A DNA stretch of 64,000 nt from Camelus ferus (lineage: Eukaryota). The notes beneath the pieces were generated by a model that did no database searches, had not been told where the DNA came from, and worked only from the letters and a program-made list of their open reading frames with translations. Position 1 is the first letter of the stretch. Each line of letters starts with the position of its first letter. Below, in pieces: positions 52,762 through 64,000 of this stretch. Both the position numbers and the translations under genes were made by a program. The stretch covers positions 54,376,001 to 54,440,000 of the forward strand of contig NC_045707.1 in the NCBI RefSeq assembly GCF_009834535.1, read 5' to 3'.

Positions 52762-52836
52762 CTCATGCTGTTTAAATTTCTCTTTCCAAATTTTCTCTTC
52801 TTTATGGAGTTCATCATTCATCTTGTCCTGTTCTTG
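52762..52836 (-). CDS. LRRIQ1: LRRIQ1 coding exon (about exon 7), 75 nt, QEQDKMNDELHKEEKIWKEKFKQHE
   Basis: tgttcag|CAA...GAG|gtatgg; phase 0 to 0. Confidence 0.94.
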
Positions 52837-53239
52837 CTGAACATATGATGATATTGAAATACTTCATTCAAATATCAAATAATATTATGTTTATTATATA
52901 CGATTCTTACAATATTTATAAACAATGATCAAAGATAATAACTCATCCAATGGTCCTCAATTATCAGAACTGGGATAACAACTTTAATCTCAACCCAAAA
53001 TATATAAATGACACTTGGGGTTCCCATTTTGAGCACATAAACATGTTTGCAACGGGGAGAGCTGTTTTATTTATTTCAGTACATATATTCCCATACTAAA
53101 GTGCATTGGCTAAAAGTACTGTTGGACAATGCAAAAATTACAAATAATAATGTGTGCAAGATAGGTTTTACATTACAATTTTTTTCTCCCCACACCATTC
53201 CATTTAATTCACATAATAAATCAGTTCCGAGGGTAATTG

Positions 53240-54700
53240 TTTTCTTTCATCAACTCCTTATTAGCATCTATTTTGTTAAGGCTCTGCAGAATAAACAAAG
53301 ATTAGTAAAATACAATCCCTTTCCTCAAAACCTTCACCTTTAATATGGGAATATTATCATATGTTCACACAATACCCCAAATTTAGCAGAGTAACTTTAT
53401 CACAAGAGAAGAACTATGAGGTTTACAATAGGAATAGGTGTTATAATTACAGGATCATGAAAGGTTTCATACAGAAGATTGTATTTGAAATGATTAGGCT
53501 TTTAAGGGATTATATAAACATGTTAGGCATGTTAAATGTTTTTGACCTAGGAAAAAGATTACAGCTCTGCTTTGAGAAAATTTTAAGGTCACTTTAGAGT
53601 TAGAGAAAGTAAGCCAAGGAGACACTAAGGAGATCAGTGAAGTAGGTGTAGAGAAATCCATGTGAGAGTCAACGAGGGCCCTCCATAGATGGGTGGCAGC
53701 AATCAGAAGAGATGCAGAAACAACGTAAATACAAAACCACCACAAACTGCCAACAGACTGGATAAAAGGAAGCAGGAAAAGTTCTTTGGACATTATCTTA
53801 TAGGAGCTGTGGGAACTTTTGATGGCCTTTAAGCAGGGAAATCATTTTTTTAAGAAAATAATTATCCTTCTTACTGCACTACAGTGCACGAGCTTACAGA
53901 ATACAAGACCAAAAGTAGGGAGAGAAATTAGAGAATATAGTAAGTATTCCAAGCTAGCCATTATGACACTGTGAACTATGGATTAACAGTAGATATATGG
54001 ATGAGACAATGGATAATACAACAAGACAGAAGAGTCAAAAATGGTCCTCATCTTTCTCTGCTTGGACTGTGGTAATAAGTGTGACTCATCAAAATAAGGA
54101 ATACCAGAGGAGGGTCATGATTCAGAAAGAAAGTGCATTCAGTTTTAGATACATTAAGTTCTGAGTATAAAAGAGCTATGTAGTTCGCTTTTTTTGTTGT
54201 TGTTGTTATAACCATAGACTTGGTTCTGAACAGCCATGGTTGTGGATGAGATTTTCTTGAAAGTACACAGAAAAAGAAAAGAAAGGACAAAGGATGGAAT
54301 CCTTGGTAGGACCACATTCAAGGAGAAAGAGAGAAAGAGAAGCCTAAAATAGGTATAAAGGAAGAATGGCCAAACATGTAAGAATATAATCAAGGAAGTA
54401 TGGCCCCACAGAAGTCAAAAGAAAAAGAAATGGTCAGCAATCAAATTTTTACTGGCATAAAATGCTACAGAGGACAAAATAAAAGCTGAAACAGAACCTG
54501 TGAGTATGGTTCTAGAAATCATTGGTTATTTTTGTCAAAAGCAGTTTTATTCACTGTTGTGATGGTGATAGATACCTAGCAGGTTTCAGACTGAATGAAA
54601 GACAAGGAAATGGATAGAGCAAAAGTAACTACTCCGTAAGAAGCCTGACTGTGATGAGCAGAGCTAAAGAGCAGCTAAAGTGAGACATATAAACCCAGAT
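53240..54700 (-). mobile_element. L2 fragments
   Basis: tttaagcagggaa...; cagttttagatacattaagttctgag; gtggatgagatt; ggtcagcaatcaaat...aatgctacagagga. Confidence 0.65.
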
Positions 54701-56505
54701 GATCTCATGATTTTTCTTCTGTTTTTTTCCCTAGGATGGGGGAAAACTGAACATGCTTATAAACAATAAGAAAGGAAGTAGTTGTAGGGGTGTTTCAACA
54801 TATAGGAAAAAATAGAGGTAAACTAGGAAATGACAGAATATAGAGCAAAGAAGGCAAGGCTAGCCTTTGGTAGAAGAAACCTTTCTTACCGAGGTAAGAG
54901 CAAGCAAAAGAAAAAAAAGGTGACAACATAGATTGATGCTAACTAGAAGTGGAGGAATTTCTTAACTGATGCAAAAATGTTATGTGATCATTTGCTAATA
55001 ATGAGGAGGAAGGAATTGAGTATAATTCTTAAGGAAAGAGATTTACAATCGATGTTTTGGAAAATGGAAGAGGAAGCTAACAAAGGACACAGAAAAGAAT
55101 TACTGAATAAGTAATATTTAGAATCTATCATAAAATTATGGAATGGTTCCACTGGGAAACTGCTAAGGCCCAAGGCATAACAAAGCACACAGTTAGGAAC
55201 TTATTAAAACTACTGATGTCAAATATGTTTTTAAAATCATAATTTTATGATATAGCAAGAATCACTTTCAAAAACTAAGTTACCATTCTTTGAGGGTAGG
55301 GCCCTGGTATTAAAACGCTTTTGTACCATCTAAGCATATAGCTAAAAGCTTTGTCCTTGAGTTAGTCAGTAAATTTTTGTTATAAAACAAATAATAATTA
55401 CAATTTGGCAGAACAGAATTTAAAAATCAGATTTTTTTTTAGAAAACATCTGAAAATGTCACTAACAACCAATAGCAATGATGCATTTTAGCACAAGCCA
55501 GCAAACACTACTCCAATAAGCTACCTTATAGCCACTCCTATTCTGGAATTGAAAAAAAAAGCTTCTGACTTTTGAAAATGACTAATCTGGCCTGTGGAAA
55601 GGAAAATATAACTAAAAGAAAGTGAAAGATTCATAGCTTACTATTAGGAAAAGTCATGGCTAAACTAGTTCTGCAATATTATCATTGGTTATAATTTATT
55701 TATTTTCTGTGTAATCAGGAAATGTAATATACTCAATATAGAGTGGCTAGAACACCCTGAACTGCATATGTAACTACTTGCCAATGTACCCCACATGGAA
55801 CACTCAAAACTGGTAAGTTCTGAGTAATACATAGATCAACTTTAGCAATGTAACACAGAGAAGTAAGCCCTGCCTGTTATCCTTACATTCTAAGGATCCT
55901 GATGGCCCACAAGTAGGTCCTAGAAATCCACCCATTTCTCAATATGCCAATACCATGACCTAAGGATGTGGACCTCCTGGGTTGCAGTTGGGGGGAAACA
56001 GAAATAAAAACAACACAAAACTCCTTCACATCAAAAATTTCTAGTCCCAAGAATTAGCTCAATTATGGGAATAAGCCATCACCTACATGACTGAACACTT
56101 CAACCAAGTATGTTTTACATAATTACTAGATAGCAAACCACACAGCAAGGACATTACATGATCAAGAAAATTCTGTTGCCTTTTCCTACATTTAGAAAGA
56201 TATGAAAAAGCAACAATTTATGTTATAAATATCAGCCTTTCTAGGACAATCTTCGAAGCCTCATAGGCTCTGGCCACCCCCAAGATCCAAAACACTACCT
56301 GAATTTCCAATGGATTTCAACGAAAACTAATCATGAAGTCCATATTAATACTGCCAAGCCACAGTCAACTGCTTTGATTATTAGGACTAATTAAAACTCA
56401 TAATGGATCTTAATCCACACCATAAACCAATACAACAATACTGTTCAGAAGTAGCAACTGATTCAAAAATGCATGAAAAACAAAAACAAAAACAGAAAAA
56501 CTTAC

Positions 56506-56729
56506 TCTCTGAATATTCTCTAATTTCTTCTTTTCAACTTCAAATTGTTTCATCCAGCAATGTCTTTTTTCTTCTTCTTCTTGAAACTGCTTTTCTTCTC
56601 TGTCCCTCTGAGCTCTGAGAGTTTCTTTCTCTTGGTCTTCCAGCTCTTTCTGTTTGTCTTGCCAAGCCTCAAAAGACTGCCTACATCTTTCTTCCACTTC
56701 ACAGTATCCAAAATTTATATCAGCATCAT
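56506..56729 (-). CDS. LRRIQ1: LRRIQ1 coding exon (about exon 6), 224 nt, DDADINFGYCEVEE...KKKLENIQR (coiled coil)
   Basis: gtacag|AT...AGA|gtaagt; lies inside ORF 56410..56739; phase 1 to 0. Confidence 0.95.
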
Positions 56730-57263
56730 CTGTACTCATGAAGAGAAAAATTTTAAATTGAACTTGTCAAAACTGAACCAATGTAAAGATAAAAGTAATC
56801 TCAAAATAAAGAAATAATGTCAACATCTTACCAAAGTATAAGTGATAATATGCAAAAAGGAATAAATAGTAATTCCATTGCAATCAATAAAGAAATCACA
56901 TAACTTGCCTTAAGTTATTCCACAAAACCTCTATAAAATATAATGTGTGTGTGTGTGCGTATGCGTGTGTGTGTAATTAAGGAACATGGTTACAAGACAT
57001 TTAAAAAAATTTAAGTCTGAGTATATATCTATTGCAGTCAGCTATAAATGTGGAACAATTTTAAATCTACTTACGTCAAGTTAATTTAGAAGCCATAAAA
57101 AAGCTATGAGAATATGTAATTAAATAGTGTAGTTAAATGCATAACAATTTTCAAATATCGTGACTATATTCTTCTAAATGTCAAAACATTCTAAATTTGT
57201 TTCAGATAATTATGATCAATCACATAAAAATTATCACAAATATCATCAAGAAGTTTAGCTTAC

Positions 57264-57381
57264 CTTGCAAAACATGTTCATCCACAGGCAAGTCACAAGG
57301 ACCAGGCTCTGGCACAGAATCAGGACTGCGACAATGAGTTTTACTTCTCATAAATTCTTCTTTTTCTATTTCAGATAACAT
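57264..57381 (-). CDS. LRRIQ1: LRRIQ1 coding exon (about exon 5), 118 nt, MLSEIEKEEFMRSKTHCRSPDSVPEPGPCDLPVDEHVLQ
   Basis: ctcttag|ATG...CAAG|gtaagc; phase 0 to 1. Confidence 0.94.
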
Positions 57382-58647
57382 CTAAGAGGTTAAAAAGTGC
57401 CAATAATTTAAAAAATAGAGAGTAAAATCTATCATTTTAATAATATATTTAGTATGTCGATACACATATCTAGAACTTTATTTTTTTAAATCTCTCTTGA
57501 ATACAATTCTATAGCACATTGATAATTATTCTCTTCATGGTGAAGAAAAATGTTTTTCCCATGCAAGCAAACTGTACTTTATCCCCCTTATGTTTTTCCA
57601 AATTCTAATTACTTTCTAATATTTACTCATAATACTCAAACTGCTTGAGAATCATGTCAAAATGTTTCTACTAATATGTGTTTTCCTCCTAATACATTTC
57701 TGTATTTCTTATCTGTAGTGACTGCTCACATATACGCTGTTAATATATTCAGTATGTTTTAAAAACAGAAGTGTTCTCTAATTTACCGAGTTATACACAA
57801 GTCATAATTTTGATTAATACTTTTCCATAATTAGACTCCCACTGCACTCTAGCTTAAAAGATATAGGGTACCTATTCCCATGAAGTAGCAGCATCATAAT
57901 TCAAAATCAGTATTTCAGGTCTGGGTGTTACCAAAAAAAAAAGTAAGAAACATATGTATAAGTAATTTTCAGATTATGTTAAACATGTACAGAGCAAGAA
58001 CAGAGTTTGGTAAAGTTAGAGTTGGGTAAAATGAGAAGTAAACATGAGTTCAAGGTGCAAAACCTGTGGACTTTCTCTTGTACATTTCTGGAGGTTTTAA
58101 CTACAGGCTCTCCTTTACTCTTACTTTCTTAGGGATGTTTTTATTTTTATGTTAAAAAAAAAACAACCTAACAGAAACTCTGCATTTAAAGTTTCCATAG
58201 AGTCTGTTTAGTCCAATTTAAAAAATTAAATAAAAAATTAATACCTACATTAAAAAAAGTTTCCACAGAGTATTTAAAGTCTCCACTGGATGATAGCACA
58301 TTCTTAAGCAAGGTAATAATATTAGAGTATATTTTGATTTTCCTTGGAACTTTTAGGGAAAAAATATGGTTCAGTATATTTCTTCTGTTTTATCTATATG
58401 CACATTAAATTCCCAAGTATTAATGGTTCAAATCACTTTTTAAAATATTTTTAAATATTGAAATTTGCATTGCTTTATATTATACGCCAGACAAGAAAAT
58501 AAAATCAAAAATTATTTGCTTAAAATAATTAAATTTTTAATTTTTAAGTCAGTGAACTTTTAATCAGTGAACTATATCATCTGACATGAAAGGGAAAGGT
58601 AAAATTCTAACTGTAATATTGAATACTTTCAGTCAAACAACATATAC

Positions 58648-58739
58648 CTTCAATAATTGTTCTGGATTTTCTTTACATTCAGTTGACAATTCTATCCTTA
58701 AATGCATATGATTATTAGAAACTGCTCCATAACCATAGC
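58648..58739 (-). CDS. LRRIQ1: LRRIQ1 coding exon (about exon 4), 92 nt, (S)YGYGAVSNNHMHLRIELSTECKENPEQLLK
   Basis: ttctatag|GC...AAG|gtatat; phase 1 to 0. Confidence 0.94.
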
Positions 58740-58849
58740 CTATAGAAAGAAAAAAATATTATAACTTTAATTATTAGAGCAAGGCACAACACATTAAAAT
58801 TCCAGACCCTTTAATCATCCTTTAATCTCAAATTCTGCCATAGTATATT

Positions 58850-59520
58850 CTTTTTTTTCTCTTGTTTTATGTCTTTCTTTCTTTATTCTGTCTTTAACCC
58901 TTTATCTCCACTCCCTCCACACACCCTCAAAATAAGCAATTTTAGTATCTGAATGTTCTTTAAAAAGTTCTCTTTCTGTGTTCTCAGAAAGTAGTTTTTA
59001 TTTTGTAGGCATGTATTTTTAAATGTACTCCAAAGCTACTATTATCTCTCTTATTTTGTGGCTTACTTTTTTTACTGAGCACTGTTTTTCATTTCCTTCC
59101 ACTTTGCCAGGTGCTAACATTTAATCTGTTGTTTCATATTGATGCCTACTATTCCACGGTGTGCACTACTCACTCACAGTGTTGTACTATCCACTCGTGC
59201 ATTGATGAATACCTATGTTTCCCCCAAGTCCGTGCCACCACAAATAACCCTTCAAAGAACATCCTTATATTAGTCCCCTTCTGGACATGTAGAGAATTTG
59301 TTTTATATTTCTTAGGAGAAGAACTGCTGGGCTATAGGGTATGAAACTATTTAATGTATCCAGGTAATGCCAGTTGCTTTCCAGAAGTGGAGGAACGAGT
59401 CCTGCAGCAGTGCAAGTTTCTACATTTCCACATCCCTGACAACATTAGTAATTATGTAGTCGTCTAATTTTTGCTGTTTTGATAAAGGCAAATTGAAATC
59501 TCATTGTTGGTTTGCCATAG
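58850..59520 (-). mobile_element. L1ME-like 3' fragment
   Basis: gaacatccttata...gaactgctgggctatagggtatg...gttgctttccagaagtgg...ttccacatccctgacaaca. Confidence 0.75.
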
Positions 59521-60039
59521 TATATTCTTGATCATAACTCAAAACAACAGAAAAATACTGAAGAATAATCAGAGGAAATCTGTACTCTTTATTCTAAAAA
59601 TGAAAGTAATAGATTTTTACAGCACTCTTTATCACCTTTCATTGTCTAGACTGAAGTTTATTTTCCATGTACACAGAATAAAGCTGTGCTTAATATGCAG
59701 ACACCGTGATTTGAAATCAACAAAGGTTCGATTCCACCTGCCACAATCTAGTAATATCATCTTGTACAAGATATTGAAAATGCGTTAATAAAAGTATTGG
59801 TTTACAATATTATAATTACTAACATGAGTGAAGTGAACTTTCATTTCTAATTTTGTGAGTTGTTTAATTTTATTCTTTTTATCATCAGTATAGATGTAGT
59901 TATGTTTCCTTTCCTTTTTCAATTTAAGTGTTTTATTATGGTAATGTTCCTTAGTAGTAAGATATTTTTCACAGATGACCATTCTACCAGATAACTGACT
60001 ATTCACACCTATTCTGTCCGATATTATAGATTTCCTTTT

Positions 60040-60920
60040 CAACACCTATTCACAATCTCTCTGGCATGCTTTCCTATGCGAGAGGCTGAAAAGCAAAAAT
60101 AACATTCTCCAGATTCTTTGGAGCTAGGTTTCTGAGGGTGATTTAGGTTCTGCCAAATGATACATGTGTGCAAGTCTTTATTTTCATAAAAATATTACGT
60201 GTGAAGAGAGGCAGGAAGAGATACTGTCTTTTTTCTGGCCCAGACTATGACAGAGGGAGCTTCGGGTTGGAGATAGGAGTGAGTAGTAGAGGATTAATGT
60301 CTCTGAATTTCTTCACTGTATCAGACAGCAGTGCCTGCTGCAGCCCAGTTCTACAATGTATGTGCGTGTACATTTTCTACACTTTGGATGTTCAGCCTAG
60401 AATCTGTTTCTTCAGTTCTATTAACAATTCTCTTATTTATTATAGAAGCTAGTCTCCCACACTTCCTAGTATGTATACCCTATGAAGTTCCCTCCTACAC
60501 AGAATCTGCTGAGCCTGGGACGCCATCAGGATGTGGTAGAAATGATGTTGCATGACTTCTGAGAAAAAGTCATGTGAAGTTTTACCAGGTTCCACCTTAC
60601 TCTCCTGATATCTTGTTCATGGGACACTGTTTCTCAGAATCCAGGTGCCATGCAAGCAATGGAGGGAGACCACATGCAGGCACCTCTAGCTGACAGCTCC
60701 TGCTGAACTCCCAGCCAACAGTTAGCATCAACTGCCAGCCTTTTGAGTGAGTCATCTTAGAATTCCAACCCAGTAAAGACTTGAGATGACTGCAGCCTAA
60801 CAAACATCTGACTGTAAATGCATAAGAAATCCAAGCAAGAACTACTTAGCTAAGCCCAGTCAACTCACAGAACTATAAAAGGTAACAACATACTGTAATT
60901 TTAAACCACTAAGTTTGCTT
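60040..60920 (+). mobile_element. ERVL LTR33-like fragment (about 60040-60460) followed by an MLT1H-like MaLR LTR (about 60470-60920)
   Basis: ttctccagattctttggagctagg...ggtgatttaggttctgccaa; cagccaacagttagcatcaactgccag...agatgactgcagcc...cccagtcaactcacagaact...ttttaaaccactaagttt. Confidence 0.7.
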
Positions 60921-61599
60921 TACACAAACACCCTTAAAACCTTACTGTTTAACATAGCTAAAATAGTTTCTGTCTACAACTGAGAGCCCTGATCAATACA
61001 TCCATATCCATAAATAAAATTAGCCTCTAGTTTCTCTTGTGTGTGTGTTCTGCTCACACAGTTTTGTATTTGAAATCTGCAGCTTTTTATAAATAAAATA
61101 TAATCTGCAGATTTTGGCTCCTTGATGGATTGTAATAATTGAATCGCAAAATTCTTCCTAGTTCCTAATGACATTTGAGAAGAAATTTCTTTGCACCGTC
61201 TTGTCAGATTATTGATTTAATCATATTTTCTGCTTTTTCAAACAATCTTGATAATTTGAATTTTCTTGGAAAATTATTCTATTCATTGAGTCTATCAAAT
61301 CTATTGAATTAGAGCTGTACACAGGATTTTGTAATTTGCTAAACCACTGCTATAACTGTAATTATATAATGTTTCATGTAACTAATTTTCTATAATTACG
61401 CTTCCTTTAATTTTTTTATAGTTAGGCTCTATAATTGCCAATATATTTAAAATATATTTTCATTGTATAAACTTGAGTAAAAAAAATAAGCAAACCATTA
61501 AAACCCCCCATAACTCAACTATGATGACCACTGCTAAAATCTGAAAAGTCTACGTATCATAAGTCTTTACATATCCTTTCACACAGGTGCTCACAACAA

Positions 61600-62345
61600 A
61601 AACCTTAGAGCCAGTTTCCTCTCTTCCTTTCATATAAGTCCATTAAAAATATTTTAGTTCTTTTTATCTTAAAAATGGCTTCTAGAATATGACCATTTTC
61701 CACCATTTCTACTCAAATTACTCTCATCTGTAGCTATACTATTGCAATAGTCTTGCAGTAGACTCTATCTTCTCTACACAGTCCCCAGAATGACTGCCTC
61801 GAAATACATCAGATACTGCCACTCCTTACTCAAAAACTTCACATATTCAGGATGGAATCCAAAGTCCACACTTTGGATTTATAAGAATCCTGTATGATCT
61901 AACCACTCATTTTCTTAGATACAACCTCAAAAGCTTACTGCTCTTCAGACATATGCCTTGGCCTTTATAATTCCCTCCTTCTGGAACACCAGCTCTCCAG
62001 GGACCCACGTGGCTCGCCTTCTCATTCACTGAGATATTCATGTGGCTTACTGCCCCATTATCAGTCATTACTTAAAATCACCTGCTCAGAGAGGCCTTCC
62101 CTTACTTAGCCCATCTAAAAGAGTAACCTTCAATCTCTATCCCTTTATCTTGAAATCTTTCCTTCACAGAAGTTGTCATAATTGAAATATTACTTACCTA
62201 TTTATTTATTGTCTGTCTTCCCACACGGGAACATTAGCATAGGCAATCAGGACCTTTGCCTATTTGTTCCCTGCTATATTCTTAGTGGCTAGAATAGATC
62301 TTTTACACAATAATATTTTTGGTACAAATATCTGTGAATATCCAT
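61600..62345 (+). mobile_element. L2 3' region
   Basis: ccactccttactcaaaaacttc...aaaatcacctgctcagagaggccttccct...tttattgtctgtcttccca...ccctgctatattcttagtggctagaa. Confidence 0.8.
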
Positions 62346-62395
62346 ATTATAATACACACTAATATTTGCAAAAGTGACATTTAATTTCCTAATAA

Positions 62396-62474
62396 ATTTT
62401 TTATTGAACTACAGTTGATTTACAACATTGTGTTAGCTTCAGGTATATGGTAGAGTGATTCAGATATATATATC

Positions 62475-62507
<33 letters not shown>

Positions 62508-62636
62508 TATACATATTCTTCTTCAGATTCTTTTCCATTATAGATTAGAAAAAGATATTGAATAAAAAAGATATTGAATATAGTTCCTTGTGCTATACAG
62601 TAAATCCTTATTGTTTATTTTTATATATAGTGGTGT
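62396..62636 (-). mobile_element. Younger lineage-specific L1 3' end (cetartiodactyl-type) with an internal (TA)n
   Basis: ttttattgaactacagttgatttacaacattgtgttag...gtgattcag(ta)n...ttcagattcttttccattatag...tagttccttgtgctatacagtaaatcctt. Confidence 0.75.
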
Positions 62637-63200
62637 GGACATAATAATTTGAATAGCTATTATGTCATTAAATATTGTCCAAGTCATCCTTTTTTTAATG
62701 AGTGTACTGTTAGATACAGATCCTGTTGAACAAGTAGATTTTTGCCATTTTTCATTATAAGTCAAGTCATGACTAATTCTAGTTAAATATTTGTTTATTA
62801 TTCTTAGAATAATTCCAAGAAGTAAATTTGCTCAGTTTAAGTAAATAAAGATTGTGAGGTGTTGATATAAATTATATTTTTCTCCAAAAATATGTGTCAG
62901 TTGACATTCTAAAAGAGTCCCATGATTAGTTATCTTTAACATAGTGTAACAGAATGCCTGGTTTTAATTAGGACTGGCAAAACAAACTGTGGCTAGTATT
63001 CATTGGAGACATAAAGAAGGTAGTAAGAAAAAACAAATGAATGAATTAAATTGAACAGTCCGCTATACTGTACTTTACTTGTGATAAATGCACATATCTA
63101 TAATATGAGATAAGAACTTCAAGCAATTTAATTTTATAAATTGTAAATTATTCATACTTACAGAAAACTTATCTGCCAAGCAGATGAAAACTGTACTTAC

Positions 63201-63312
63201 TTAAAACATCAGTATCTTCCAAGTCCTGAAGAATGAGCTCTTCAACAGTTTTACTCTTATTCTTTATGATGTTAATACAGTGAAGAACTGACTCAGGTAA
63301 TTCATCCAAATC
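63201..63312 (-). CDS. LRRIQ1: LRRIQ1 coding exon (about human exon 3), 112 nt, DLDELPESVLHCINIIKNKSKTVEELILQDLEDTDVL
   Basis: tttttag|GAT...TTAA|gtaagt; phase 0 to 1. Confidence 0.95.
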
Positions 63313-63819
63313 CTAAAAAATTGAATAAGAAAGAAATTGTAAAATTCTTTATTAAAACTATACTTCCAAATTTTGATACAAATTTTGATATGCCAAAAAT
63401 TTGAGCAGAATGTGTAAATGAGGTAAAAGGGCTCCATATAAAGAGCATAGTCCAAGGAAATATATTTGTTTACAATTTCATTTTCAAGTGGCTATGAATT
63501 GCATCCATGATTCTGTTGGATTTCATATTCAAATGAAGAATTTCAGAATTTTTAGTCTTATTTGAATTAACCGTGGATAAAAAAGACATAATAATGTAAA
63601 ATAATTAATTTTTCCAAAAGTGTTATGTAGTTTACTGCAATACTAGTTAAAAATCAAAGTGTAATTATTTTTTGAAATTTGACAAATGAGTTTTTTGGAA
63701 AAAGTTTACTTGAAAAGATTTTGAAACAGCAAAACAACGGAATTTGACCCATTTGATATTCAGAGATATAAAACCTCAATGGGCAAAAATTAGCAGAATA
63801 ATGGAAAAGAATACATAGC

Positions 63820-64000
63820 TTGCATAGATTATATAACAACTAAATATATACAACAGATATGACAAATCAGTTGAGAAGAGGTAGATTATTCCACACTGAC
63901 ACTGGGAATAATTGCTAAATATGTACAGTAAAATTTCAAATTCAATCTACATTTTATAGCATACCTGAAAATAAGTTTCCATTGGATTAAGGATTTTGAT
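63820..64000 (+). mobile_element. L1 ORF2 fragment
   Basis: atatgacaaa...ctgggaataattgcta...ataagtttccattggattaaggattt. Confidence 0.55.

Larger units (their letters stand above)
1..64000 (-). other. LRRIQ1: LRRIQ1 gene body (internal part; 5' and 3' ends lie outside the window)
   Basis: 13 phase-compatible GT-AG exons splice into one ORF matching recalled mammalian LRRIQ1 (e.g. ELPESVLHCINIIKN, DDADINFGYCEVEE, AAVKIQAKYKAFVAYQKYGP, LRR repeats). Confidence 0.97.

Noticed and set aside
1..64000. A novel multi-gene system, RNA gene or NUMT
   Set aside because: All credible coding signal belongs to LRRIQ1. I recognised no tRNA, rRNA, snRNA or mitochondrial sequence.

Overview
AT-rich eutherian (mammalian) genomic DNA, probably a non-ruminant cetartiodactyl such as a camelid (inferred from repeat content). 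The whole window lies inside LRRIQ1 (leucine-rich repeats and IQ motif containing 1) on the minus strand. Thirteen coding exons between 63312 and 1219 have canonical AG/GT ends and matching phases. They splice into one open frame of 3227 nt (1075 codons + 2 nt) covering the acidic N-terminal region, the E/K/R-rich coiled coil, the first IQ motif, a 1.6-kb linker exon and the LRR domain. The start and stop codons are outside the window. Introns are mostly old L1, L2, MIR, MaLR/ERV LTR and hAT fragments plus microsatellites. I found no prokaryotic-type system, RNA gene or second gene. The most notable items are: a dead, L1-embedded counterpart of the human cassette exon in the LRR region (about 35790-36006); a divergent pair of CTCF-like motifs, one inside a hairpin-rich regulatory-looking module; two dispersed intronic duplications of 100-150 bp; and a CpG-rich patch inside the giant exon. 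Exon numbers, human comparisons and repeat subfamily names come from memory, not from database searches, and repeat boundaries are approximate.
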